Assembly: GCA_951406725.2 (NCBI GenBank)
Contig: OX597814.1
Location: 71,486,001 to 71,550,000 of the forward strand
Reading direction: 5' to 3'
From: Octopus vulgaris
Taxonomy: Eukaryota
Length of the DNA: 64,000 nt
How positions within the stretch are numbered: position 1 is the first letter of the stretch; each line of letters starts with the position of its first letter. The notes below the pieces were generated by a model. It ran no database searches. It was given only the letters and a program-made list of their open reading frames with translations, and was not told the DNA's origin. Positions 51,051-64,000 of the stretch are shown piece by piece. A program made the translations under genes and the position numbers.

Positions 51051-54000
51051 AAAACATCCAAGGGTATCATTTTTTTCCCTCTGAAGGCTTATGAATTTAA
51101 TATTCAATTAATTCAATGAGTTGTAATTGAAACAGCTGTAAGTGAGAATTTTTAATTTGTTGTTAATAATAAACAATTATTAAATACTCAATCACCATTT
51201 ACTTTTTCTTCTTTTATATATTACTAGACATTTCAACTACAAGTACTTATCACGAAACTAATAGTTTCCCATACATTCATCAGGCATTCATCATACATTC
51301 ATCAGGCTTCAATTACACTATACTTCCAAAACTTTAGTTTAAATAGAGGAAGTTTTGAACTGGCACAAAGATAAAGTATGTCTAAGGGGAGATACTACCT
51401 TGATGGGTAAAATAAAATAAATAAAAAATATTAAAAAAATATAAAATATAAAATGAGTCAACAGTACAAATGTACAAATTATCAAAAATTGTTTAGACAT
51501 GGGATCATGTGATGGAAACATGAAAATATGAAGGATATCAAAGTTAAATGAATTTCTGAAACCAAATGTAAGTAAAAAGGTAAAAGAACAAAATAAATGT
51601 CTTCACAATATAAAGCCACATGATATACAAGCTATACAATCGATATATACATAAACTGTATAAATACAAAAATCTAAATCATTTTAAATACTATTTAAAA
51701 GTGAAGACACTTTAGATGAAAAATGCTAGGATGGAAAAAAGTTGGTATAACTAAAATTATAAGATATGAAGTGATAAAATCGAATTATAAAATGAATGAA
51801 AAATTTTGAAAAGGTTAAGAAAACAAGGTTGGTGGGGTATGTTTGAATGAACACTCAGGCATAATTATGCTACTATATCACTTAATCTTTCTATGAAAAA
51901 CAAATACATAAAATCAGCTGTAATTACCAAAAAACAATTTAAACACCAGTTACTAAACATGTAACTGAAGAAAAAAGTATTTCTAGGATAGTGTGAACAA
52001 GAATTGAATTTTGATTGTAAGTTTTGCTATTAGATAGAAGACAAGTGGAATTAGCAAGGAAGCAAGATTAGAGAAGCAACTGAAATATTAAATATGTTAA
52101 AAACTTAAGTTGTTTTAAATTAATTAGTTTCCTATTTCAGTGTCATTCAGCTTTTGTCTTTAATTCTAAATTTTCTTGCTTAAGTAAAATAAACTAAATA
52201 TCTAGCATTTAAAAATAAAAATAATGGTTACACACACACAAAAAAAAAAAAAAACAGAAAGAAAAAGAACATAGTTTATATTATTATCTTGATTTCTTTT
52301 CCTATTAGGGAAGTAGAAAATGAAGTGCTTGACACTTGTCAAAACAACATTTAGTCTTATTCCAACCAAAACGAAACCACCCAATTTATTTGAGTTTAAA
52401 ATGTACCTTAAGCTAGATGTAGATGTGAGCATTGTGGGTCCTATGCTTTGTTTTCAATTACTGTTAGATTTTATTTCACTTTTACACTGGATAGTTCTAA
52501 CAAACACAAAACAAAGTATAAAAAATTATAAATAGCAAGCATACTAAACATATTGAATTACGTATATTCTTCCATTAAACTACAGATCTCACTGTTAGGC
52601 TCGAAAGGTATGCTTTCATAAAACACGAGCTATGAAGCAAACTTAATTATCCTCCTCCTCGTCAATTTAACATTCACTTTTCCATGGGTCAGATGAAATT
52701 TATTGAGGCAGATTTTCTTTGGCCTGATGACCTTCCTGTTACCAGCCCTTATCAGATTTCAAGTAAGGTAATACTTCCTTTGGGCTGAATGCTTTTATAT
52801 GAAATTGCAAATGAACTAAACCACTTGTATGACTGATGCTCATATACAACTATTATGTACTGTCAAGACAAGCAGACATAAATACATGCACATACAGTTT
52901 CTGCACACCAAATCCACTCACAAGGCTTCGGTCAGCTTAGGGCTATAACAGAAGACACTTGCTCAAGGTGCTACACAGAGGGACTGAACCTGAAACCAAA
53001 TGGGAAGCAGACTTTTTCATTATTCAGCCAAGTCTGTGGCTTAAATATCATTAATTATATTTTCCTGCACCAATTTATTCATTCAATCCTCAAGAAAGCA
53101 ACTTGAAAGAGATATGTGTGAAATGCATCATAAGTTCTTTGCAGTTTACTCATACTAAAAGAATTCACACCATTGTGTGTAAGCCATCAGCTATGTTGGA
53201 ATTTACACCATTAAAAATTCAATATACTATGAAAAAGGATTGTTGTTCATTCAGCCTTATTGTAAGCATAATTTTTGTTGAGTTTAAACATCTTTCTGAA
53301 GTTAATTTCAAATTTGGCACAAAGAAATAATAAACTATGTTGTGTATTTGTTCCACTAAAAAGTTTTAACTTACATTAATTTAGCTATGAGTTCATATTA
53401 ACAAACATTTTGAAAACATATTATTGTTATGAATGAGACGCTATGGCAGTGGGAATGGGAGTTATACAATGTGATTGTTTCAATATATTTAATGAATTAA
53501 AATATTTTTAGGAAAAAACTTATTTTTCAAAGACTTTGAATCCCTGACTCTTTCTTTCTGAGATAAAATACAACAAACTGGAATTATGATATTTGTGTCA
53601 AGAATTTTTGCACATGTGTGACAAATTAATCAGAAAAAAACCTACAAACATAAAATCCTGTGGATTATTTTAAATATTTCAGCAGAACATATGTACTTGC
53701 TGTGAAAAGATTTATACTGAATAGCAAGTAGACATATGTGTAAAACAAGATCACATCTGGTGGACATTTACCTGAATGTAAAATAAAGTCTATGACTAAT
53801 AATATGAGAGGAAGTTGTTTCTACAGATTGAAATAAAAGCGGAATATGCTTTTATACATAATGTATGCTTAATAGAAGAAAAAGACTGGTATAATGTATT
53901 AACAAATCAGTAAGTGTCCAAAAATATATGCATCATTTGTAAAAATTAAAGATATGGAGGGCAGGGAAATTAACAATGACAGACAAAAATATTTATAAAA

Positions 54001-57000
54001 ACACACATTTTAACTACAAAATCTTACACCACTATAATATCAAAAATAATATGAATAAATAACATTGGAAACTAGAAAAGCACAGTATGTATAACAAATG
54101 AAATGCAAATTTTTAAAAATCTTTCTATAGTTTAATAAAAATAAGAAGGACAGGGCTTTTGATTCTTTGTGTAGGATCTTTGAGACTGGAGAAAGAGAGG
54201 AAGAAGTCATGGCTTGTGAGTTATCCTCAAATGAGTGATCAACTATAAATACTTGCAATGTGTGAACCTACCAAAGGCACCTACTCAAAGGTGGTGGTGG
54301 TGTTAAAACTAACTAATATTAAGCATTTTGTACATTTAGTGAACATACTTTCAAGAGTTATAGTTTAACAAACTACAATATTAAGAAACCCTATAAAGGA
54401 TTTTTAAAATAAATGTGAGAGAAACATCATCACACAGATTTTCCTTTGAACAAATTCTCCCTTTCTAAAAACCTAACATGGTCCTAAAACACTAGACTTC
54501 CTAAATAGTCACAAAGGGAAAGTTTGATTCATAAGGAGTAATTTTTGTACAATGTGACTGAATTCAAAAAAGATTCATTTCAAAAAGACATGTCAAGAAT
54601 TGAGAAAAACTAGAAGTAGTTGAGGCAGGAAAATATTTGGTCTTGTAAGTGAAGTGGTCCATGAAAATATTGTGTTTTCAACTCAACCAACAAGTGAAAC
54701 ATAAAAAGATATCATAATGTTAAATTTATGATTAATTACAAATAGTTCGCTTAAAATTGGACAATTCATGTGAATAACAGCTCTAGGTAAATTTATTTTC
54801 CAAATAATTCTAACTTTTCTATGCCTACTATACTTTGCGATTTTCTAAAGTTTACACTTTACTGAGGCAGTCAAATAAAACTTAAAGCATGTCCAGAATT
54901 GTTGACAAAAGACTAAGAATTATATTAGATTATATTATTTTTCCCTTACCACTTAATTTTTTTCTGGTAACATTATCAAGCTCTATGTTCTTTACATTAA
55001 ACATATTATGTTGATTTTGCATGAAAGGATTTATGAAGACATAAACATTAAAATGACCTCTGCAACTCTAACAGCTGGAATATTTTTGTAAGTTCTATTA
55101 GCCAAATTTTTTAAACTTGAAAGTTACAAATAAAATCAGGTGAAATTATTTTGGAAATGCAAGATGTATAGTAACTATGTACTTCATAAAGACTTCGGTC
55201 ATCAATTTACAATTTTTTGTCCCCACCTTTTTATTACAAAACACTCTTTTAAATGCAAACCTTACTTTTTACTTTTCAACTTTTCTGGCTTCTGACATTT
55301 TATTCATAATTTTAAATAAGAAATCGACATATTTTTTTATAAATATTCTTACAAAATGATGAAAGATAAGTTGTAATATGTCAAACAACTAAAAAGATGA
55401 GTAGCTTTAATAGATTATAAAAGTCTCTTTTTGTAGTATTTTCTTTAACATGTGCATGCATTCACATAAATATGCAAATGCATACATATACTCAGAGAAA
55501 GTGGGGTACAACAAAATATACTGGTTGAGAGAAATGACAAATAGCAATAACTTTTGGCTATGGCATATAGTATGTCCTTAGCTATCATAGAGAAGGATTT
55601 CCTGTTTATTATGAGAAATTGAAGGCAATGTCCTCTAGCAAATTAACAAAAAGCGTAAGATTAGAAATTTCAAACTAATAAAGTAAAAATTTAAATAAAT
55701 AAATGGAAATTTCATGCACATGTTCAGTCAGTTATTTTCAGCTGGATATGAAATGGAACATGGAAGAAATTAAAATAATTGGAAAACACTAATGAATTAC
55801 ACAAAAACTGAAATAAAAATTAAATGAAAATTGATGAGAAAGAGAATGAAGGAGAGGGTTAGAGATAAAATTGGCATTATCAGCTTATAAATTTCTAGAG
55901 CCATCCAAAAAGCCATATTGTTTTCAGGATTAACTCACAAAATACAGACATCATCACAGCTGAATCATTTATATTTCAATATTCAGGATTTTCTTTGATA
56001 AGCTATCCAATTAAATTCAGCATGCTATATACCTTAGAATGGTAGTAGGAAGATGTTGGTGGCATTATCATTGTTATTAATTAACTGAATCATCATCATC
56101 AGCAAACAAATAAAGTAATAAACATGAAAAGAGCATCTGGAAGCTAATGAATGATGTTGACAAATAAGATAATCATGACGCTAATGAATAATGTTGACAA
56201 ATAAGATAATCATGACATTGCAATCTGAAGAACTACTACTACAAATAGCCAATTAGAAATTTTACAGACATACTTTAAGAAATATAGAGGATCACAAATA
56301 TTCATTGAAATGGATCAATTTGAGAATAATTGGCTTATGCTTGACATTTCATTAAATTAGATATCTAGTTTAATGAATATACATTAAATTACATGTGTGG
56401 GTGGGTGTGTCTTCATACACAGACACAGAATGAAGATATGAACATCAGTTTACATCATGGTAAGCATTTCCATAGCAAGGAATTAGCCAGGAACAGTGTG
56501 CCAAGGACAATTCAAGTAATTACACTTCATCCGTCCAAAGATAGTTTTGTACCAAAACAAAAGTAGAAAAATTTAATTTCTTTTGATTAAGTGCAATACT
56601 AATTTTTGTGGAGAAAGAATATTCATCAAGACTGGAATGATAAAATGCAAAGTTAATTCAAGAAGGATTTGAACTCAGAATGTGGAGAAGTAAAACTCTA
56701 AGATATTAAAAATTTTAAAAAGTAAAGTAAATCACTAATGTCAGTAACTTAGTTTTATTCTCTACTTTTTAATTCAACTGAGTGCTCTTAGTAAATAGGA
56801 GGTTATGCTGTTCACAATTTCGCCTCCAGTGAAACAATAAGTGAAATGACATTAACTAAATAACAAAAATATTTAAAAATATTAACTTAAGATTGTAGAT
56901 TCAATAAGTGCTTTCTTTGTATTTAGGAACTTATTCAGCAAACAACATTTTATGTGCCTGTGTTTCTCTGCATACATATACATATATATATATATATGAG

Positions 57001-57879
57001 AGGGAGGGAGGGGGAGAGAGAGATAAAGTAAAATAAAAAAGTACCAACTTGATTTTTGTAATATTAATCTTAAGAGAGAGTGGGAAAAAACTAGACATTA
57101 GCAGATTGCAATAACATGCATCTATACACGTCCATCCATAACAATACATATATAATTTTCTTTCATTTGTATTAAGTGCTTGTTTTCTGAAAATTATTTG
57201 CAATATTAAGGTTTCAGTCAAACATTTATCATAGGAAATCAAATGTTTTAACTTCAATCCTATAGTCATGTTTCCACACATAAGTTTTGTTGAAATTGCA
57301 CACATTTCCAAATATTTAATCTAAATCTGGAAAATATTATAAGCTTTATAGTTATTAAAGTGGAAACCTGAAGTTTTAGTGTGACACCTCATTTACTACA
57401 CACTGAAATCCAGACAGAATGCAGTGTTAACTGATAACAAAATCAGGTCATAAAATAATAGCAAAATGTTTTAATTGAGAAATATTTACATCAGATTTAA
57501 ATGGAAAATCAGTGTTTCTAAGGTCATCAAGAAGTTTTGTGTTTGTGCACCAAGCCTCATCTATACTGACTCTCTCCCTAATTAGTTGGGCTATGACCCT
57601 CTCTGTGATCTTCATTACCTGATCCAACAGCTTGATACCTTTTCTGTACTAAGTCTAATCTCAGTTTATAGGACAAGTAATGTAATAATAAGCAAGAACT
57701 ATAACAAAGTATCAAAAGGACCAAGTGTAGGCACATAACAAACATGTTTATAATGTGAGAGCATAGTGAAAGGAAATTCAAATGAATTCATCATCTTTGT
57801 TATATATCACACGCTGACAGCACATTGATAACACTACAACAAAAGTCAAGTGCAAGTTCTCCAGCTGCCTTGCTACTCT

Positions 57880-58290
57880 TGTTCAAATAGCTCTTGATAT
57901 TATCCATCCATTGCTTTCTTTGTCTGCCTCTTGATCTACTGCCTTACATGCATAAGGTTTTCCGAACTTCTGCTTCTTCGAATATGGCCGTAAAAGATGA
58001 GCTTTTTTTTTTTTCCCCAATGTTTAGGAGTTGTCATCTTTCACCTTCATGTTGTAACACCCATTCATCTGTCTGATGATCCTTGTAAGAAACTCATAAC
58101 ATTCTCCTATACAACCACATTTTAAATGCACTGAGCACATTCTCTTCAAATTTGTTCAGAGTCCATGCTTTGCAGCCATAAATGCCTATTGGCCAAATGA
58201 ACACTCACTCTAGCCTTTTTTGTTAGTACAGATGTTATTAAGAGTTTTGCCATGGACATGCTTGCCATGGTTATCTGTGTCTTAATTTAT
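57880..58290 (-). mobile_element. Old RTE-like LINE 3' fragment
   Basis: AWTLNKFEENVLSAFKMWLYRRML and GK*IKRQTKKAMDG-like remnants. Confidence 0.55.
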
Positions 58291-59669
58291 TTCTTATATG
58301 TGACTAATTAAGAGAGATGTATGTAGTTATTTTAATGATTTCAAAGAAGATTAAATTAGAGCTTGATTGATGGGAATATTATTTTAAATCAACTGCTTTT
58401 TCTTTATTTGATTAATTTTTTTATCTTCAAACTAATTTTATAAAACAGCCAATAATGCTCCTGTAATTTACTGAATTATAGCAAAAATTATAAATACAAT
58501 CCTTTAGAGATTGTATTACAAAGATAAATAAACATGAGACTTTATTTTCTGTTCACAACTAAAAACAATTGATTCTACTTTGAACCTCAAAATGATCACT
58601 ATTCACAAATAAATAAATAGAATTTTAAAAACATATATTTGTCCCAGCAGCAAATGTGCCACATGCAATTTCAAATCTTATATGTAATAGATTTACTACT
58701 AATAAAAATGACTAAGAAATACCAAACCTTAACATTACTTAATATCGGCATTCATGTATCTCTTATAACCTCTACTATATATTTCTTCTTAATACTGAAA
58801 TCTTCTGGACATTCCAACATCATGCTATTTCAAGACTTTTAAGTATAATTTTTTTTAATAATATATTGTGCAATCCTTTCTATCATCAAAAGCAAACAAA
58901 ACTAAATTTGGTCTAAACATATATTACTGCATGTTTTAGCTTGCTTTACATGGATTTGTAGGAAACTAAATTCTTCTCCACTTTACAATAACTGAATAAT
59001 AGCATAGTTGTTGTTCAGTATTTTATTTCTGATACTGACATATATATTAATGTATATTAAAAGCATATATGGTTACATCAACAAACACATGAATAATGTG
59101 AAAGGAAACTACTTCCTGCCAGTTAATATTTTACAAGTTACTGCAAGCCTTTATTCAACTAATCTTGTCAAACAGTTTACTGATTAAAAAAAAAAGTAAG
59201 TTCCTTATAGCATAGAGCTCTTTTTACATAAGACATATTTCATAAGACAAAAAGAAAATACTTTCATAAAATATGAAGATTTCTAAAGATGCCCTTTATT
59301 AGTATTATAACAAAAGAAGTAACAGTATTTAATATTTTTAGTTTCTGTCAATGATAAAAGCATCATTTACCAAATCAATACAAGTATATGACTGAGCTAA
59401 GTGTTTCTATTTTAAAACATTTTGAAATGAAAGCAAATATTTACAGAAATTTAAAACTTAGTTTCTTTTGTATAGGTCTGTTTTAGACTTTAGTTTAACT
59501 AATTTGTTTTTTAATTATCTTTCCCTGTATAGTATTAGACTGAGTGTGAAATCAAATTTATTATATCACTGTGTGTGTGTGAGTAGACATGAATGTATCT
59601 GGGATGGTTCACACAAAGATCCTTGACTAAAAGAAAGCAATCTAACTAGATGGTAAAGCTTTACTATTT

Positions 59670-59860
59670 AGTTAGATGGCCTCCTTCTGTATCTATAACT
59701 TGGTCTACTGCAGCTGGAATGGCCTCTGCTCCCGTGAATAAGCATATAACCTCCCCTCAAGCCTACCTGACACTTCCTCTCACAACTCCTACAGTGTTTA
59801 AATGTTTAAGCCCTGCACTAACCACTGTCCAATCCTTCATCTCCAGAATGCTAAGTCCCT
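59670..59860 (-). pseudogene. Possible mariner-type transposase C-terminal remnant
   Basis: SILEMK..KHLN..VR*A*GEV..VDQVIDTEGGHLTK* resembles the 'WSILE..H.N..AW.E..AVI.AEGGHI' end of maT transposases. Confidence 0.35.
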
Positions 59861-60447
59861 GAAATCCCCATCCTACTTATATTTTCCCTGCTTAAATTAA
59901 ATATAAATCATATTAACTTTCCCAGTTTCAAGGGGGCTATGAAGATCACGGGTATAACCTGTACACACTTGATAGAATGCATGATGAATGAGGCTTCTAA
60001 AACTAATCTTTGCAGATTTAATTGACAGGCTGACTATGCATATGTTCATTCAAACTACTGAGACTTTTTACAAACTTTGCTATAGTAATCACAAGTAAGG
60101 ATCACATCCCCATTTCAACATGGAAACTCTCAGATACATATTTAAAATTAAAATCTGCTTGAGTGCAACAAAACTGCAATATAAACAAAGATTATTAGTT
60201 CATAAAAAAATCTAATTTATGGCAATCTTTTTAAATTGTTCATATATGATGTTCAACTATTCTATGCTTAAAAGCACATGTTCTAGAGTAGTTAGGATTT
60301 CCCACTTGTTGGACAAGGGAAGTTATGTTATAAATCTCACCATAAAAGAGTAGCTTATGATTTTGGGCTGCATCCTATTTTAATATGTTGGTCATATTAC
60401 AAGGATCTAATGAGAAATGACTCAAAATATATGATGTAAGACGCAAT

Positions 60448-60667
60448 GGAGGCGCAATGGCCTTGTGGTTAGGGCAGCGGACTTGCGGTCGGAGGATCGC
60501 GGTTTCGATTCCCAGACCGGGCGTTGTGTGTGTTTATTGAGCGAAAAAAACACCTAAAAGCTCCACGAGGCTCCGGCGGGATGTGGTGATCCCTGCTGTA
60601 CTCTTTCACCACTCTAAAGGCGGTGCTCCAGCATGGCCGCAGTCAAATGACTGAAACAAGTACAAAA
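60448..60667 (+). mobile_element. tRNA-derived SINE with CR1-type LINE tail
   Basis: Head as in 49575-49863. Ends GGCGGTGCTCCAGCATGGCCGCAGTCAAATGACTGAAACAAGT. Confidence 0.85.
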
Positions 60668-62118
60668 AACCTAAGACCTAGATACTACAGAACTATTCTT
60701 TACTCTGTCATCCTATTACACGGGAAAAAGTTTGCCTCTTGAAACACTATATCTGGAAAGAATCAAAATGTTCGATGTACTTTATGTATGGAGTGCATGA
60801 TTCAGCAATGTAGAAAAGAGTTTTAAGAACGACAGTGTTATAGGCACCAATCTTATTTTTCAAAAGAAATCATAGGGGCTCCCTAACCACCAGTGTAGAT
60901 TTTGAAATGCAAAAATGATGTTTCTAATTTGAGCTTCAATCTCTTAATTTATCTTCATATTATCTGTATAAAGAACTGAGATATGTAAAAGAGCTAATAC
61001 AAAAGTTCCATTTTTCTTACTGTTTATAGTCAAACCAAAAGCTTTTGCAGCAGCTGCAAAGCTGTGTACAGTATATTAATTACATCCCAGAACAGAATCA
61101 ATAGCAAAAAGATCATGTACTGGCTCAAGCAGTGTCTTGAATTTTTGCCTTGAATTACTACTAGTTGAAAACTTCCCATTAAGCATACTGTACATTCCAT
61201 TGTACAATAGAATCCAAGACTAAATCATCCAATGTGTCTACTTCTGACAACAATAAGAGTTGGTTCACATTAAATTTGGCTGTTAGTTCTAGTAGGTTAA
61301 GCAATTGTGCTAAAGGTTCCTTGATGGTTAGATACTGACTGTTATTCTTTTACTAGTTTCAGTCATTGAAATGTAACCATACTGAGACAATGTTTTCTAG
61401 TTTATCTTTTATCTATTTCGGTCTTTGAACTGTGGCTATGCTGGGGCACCACTTTGAAAGATTTTAGTTAAAGAAACTGATTCCAGTATTTATTTTTTTT
61501 AGCCTGGTATTTATTCTGTCAGTCTCTTTTTTTGTGTTTGTCCACTACCATCACCACTGGCAAGTGGTGGTGGTGGGGAACAAACATATACATGTACATG
61601 TATACATATATACATGATGGGCTTCTTTCAATTTCTGTCTACCAAATCCACTCAAAAGACTGTGGTCAGACCAAGTCTATAGTGAAAGGCTTTTGTCTAA
61701 GGTTCCACACTATGGAACTGAACACAAGACCATATGGTTAGGAAGCAAGCTTCTTATCATGCAGACTCACCAGTTTATTAAACCCAGTATTTATTTTATT
61801 CACTGGTACATGAAGACAGTGACAGGTGAATAAGACCTGTTATATTTTCTGCTTTTTCTTCTGCACAGTAAAATATTTACTATTTATAAAATTCAGGAAA
61901 ATTTTCCTTTTTATTTATTTTTCAATTAAGACAGTTTCCAAATTTTAACTGAGATTATATTAAAACAAATAGTTTGCAATAACATTTAGTTTATTTACAT
62001 GATATTTTATTAAATAAATACAACAATTCTGTGTTTATATGTGGATACATATTTTATGGATATGTGCGTGTTTGTGAACAAATTTTATATTGATTTAAAC
62101 TATCAAGTCACTACTTAC

Positions 62119-62192
62119 CACTGCACTTGTTGATGACAAATGTCTTTGGACGTTGTCCAGCTTGTCAAGCTGTAATTGGGTAACTGTCTTTT
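62119..62192 (-). CDS. HS2ST1: Probable HS2ST stem-region coding exon (xKTVTQLQLDKLDNVQRHLSSTSAV)
   Basis: 74 nt with a strong poly-T/TTTCAG acceptor and GTAAGT donor. Open frame ending in phase 0, compatible with the 28980 exon. Position and ..QRH.. resemble the HS2ST stem. Confidence 0.72.
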
Positions 62193-62512
62193 CTGAAATT
62201 ATGAATAAAAAAAAATGTATATCCTGTATATGTAAGCATATATATATATGTATACGTGTGTGTGTGTGTGTGTGAATACATTTCAGGTTATAAAGTAAAG
62301 AAAGAATATTTCAACATGTAGAATAGTAAGCATATATAATGAATTTAAATGTATATATTTGACATTAGTAAATGAATCTGTGTGTCACTATGAGTAAATG
62401 TACACACATATCCACACACTATATATATATTAATTACTATATACACTGTATAGGTTGTGTGTGTGTGTTACTGCCTGTTTGTTAGTGTATGCTTATATAT
62501 ATATATATATAT

Positions 62513-62676
62513 AGGTGCAGGAGTGGCTGTGTGGTAAGTAGCTTGCTAACCAACCACATGGTTCCGGGTTCAGTCCCACTGCGTGGCATCTTGGGCAAGT
62601 GTCTTCTGCTATAGCCCCGGGCCGACCAATGCCTTGTGAGTGGATTTGGTAGACGGAAACTGAAAGAAGCCTGTCG

Positions 62677-62741
<65 letters not shown>

Positions 62742-62940
62742 TTCTGTGTCTGTCCCCCTAGCATTGCTTGACAACCGATGCTGGTGTGTTTACGTCCCCG
62801 TCACTTAGCGGTTCGGCAAAAGAGACCGATAGAATAAGTACTGGGCTTACAAAGAATAAGTCCTGGGGTCGATGTGCTCGACTAAAGGCGGTGCTCCAGC
62901 ATGGCCGCAGTCAAATGACTGAAACAAGTAAAAAGAAAAA
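62513..62940 (+). mobile_element. Young full-length tRNA-derived CORE-like SINE with internal microsatellite and LINE-derived tail
   Basis: A box TGGCTGTGTGG, B box GGTTCAGTCCC, CTTGGGCAAGTGTCTT core, internal (TA)n(TG)n, and a tail matching the LINE 3' ends. Many older copies (e.g. ~11000, 29560, 36625, 43005, 46020, 52895, 61350). Confidence 0.9.
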
Positions 62941-63022
62941 AAAAAGAGATATAGGTAAAAAATTAAGGAGTTCATGTGCTACATTAATATTTCCAGATTC
63001 AATAAAAAGAAGACAGCAAACA

Positions 63023-63069
<47 letters not shown>

Positions 63070-64000
63070 CAAAACAACGTATAGTAAATAAACAAATGAG
63101 CAAATACTAAATACCCAGGTGAACAGAAAATACAGAAGGTCACCAACTCCTCATTAGTTATCAGCCAGAGGGTCAAAACTAATTTCAGCCATTATCGATG
63201 ATACTGCTTCCAAAAGACAACAAATGGTAAATTTGACATACCTATCTATTAATGATAATGAGCTTGTTTGTAAGTTTGTCTAAAATCACGCAATTAGGGA
63301 GAAGCAGAGTTCAGTAAGAGTTAAAAAAGAGATGAGTCAAAATGGTAATAACAATGAGGGAGTGGTATCAAACAGCGCTTCTTGCTCTCTCTCTCTCTCA
63401 ACATCTCTCTCTCTTTCTCTCTTATCGGTTGTGTTATTCTTTGCTCCGCAGCGAAAGATTGTTTTTGTGCTGAAAATTGTGAACATTTGTTGTTTTGGTC
63501 ATCGAGACCACTTCTTTTCTGCTGTTGCAGCAGAGTTTTGCTGTTCTTTTCCCCTTCTTTCAAGGGGGAAGCAGCGAAAAACATGAATTTGGCACCAATT
63601 TCTTCCAAGTCGGAGGAAAACGTTGAGGAAGGTGAAAGTAAAGAGGCGTCTCATGCAAACATTACAAAAGCAGACAACAAGATATCTAGCGAGGCTACTA
63701 CACAACAGGAAAAGGCAAGAATAAATTTTGCGAGTGCAGCAACTCGCCCCTGTAAAAACATCGTTATAAACAAAGAAGAATAAAAGAAATACCAAGGTTT
63801 ACTAAGAAAGGTGATAATGTGAAGTTGCTCCCTCCCAGTGAATTAATTTACGTGACGGAGAGAAAAACTGTCATATACAAGACATATAATGTCAAAAATA
63901 AAAAAAATCGATTTTGTACTGAGGGAAGCAATCGAAAAATGTTTGAGACTGATATGGCAACAAACAAGTTATATAACGAGGGGTAGTTGCTTCGGCACTG

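Noticed and set aside
56145-56215. 35-bp tandem duplication
   Set aside because: Ordinary local slippage duplication with no further structure.
63848-64000. Hydrophobic minus-strand frame (..IFRLLPSVQNRFFLFLTLYVLYMTVFLSVT*) as the HS2ST transmembrane exon
   Set aside because: It ends in a stop, and the only nearby donor is phase 2 whereas the 62192 exon needs phase 1.

Overview
This is eukaryotic, AT-rich, repeat-dense DNA. Its SINE families, (TA)n/(CA)n arrays and RTE/Penelope content suggest an octopus (coleoid cephalopod) genome; this is an inference. The only host gene I can support is heparan-sulfate 2-O-sulfotransferase (HS2ST) on the minus strand. It has three coding exons (62119-62192, 28810-28980, 22063-22148) with GT/AG sites and matching phases. 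Its first coding exon and downstream exons were not found here. Most other recognisable content is mobile DNA. It includes an intact two-ORF CR1-group LINE whose ORF1 carries a Myb/SANT-like domain plus a CCCH finger, and a 5'-truncated sister LINE. There are also decayed RTE LINEs, Penelope-like (GIY-YIG) remnants with minimal hammerhead ribozyme motifs (one a ~1 kb palindrome carrying a tRNA-like Pol III cassette), non-autonomous Helitrons, TTAA MITEs and a decayed Tc1/mariner. The tRNA-derived SINEs end in a 3' stem-loop that co-varies with the LINE 3' ends. The long Y/I/H/M/C-rich ORFs in the track are microsatellite artefacts. Repeat boundaries were set by eye and are approximate.
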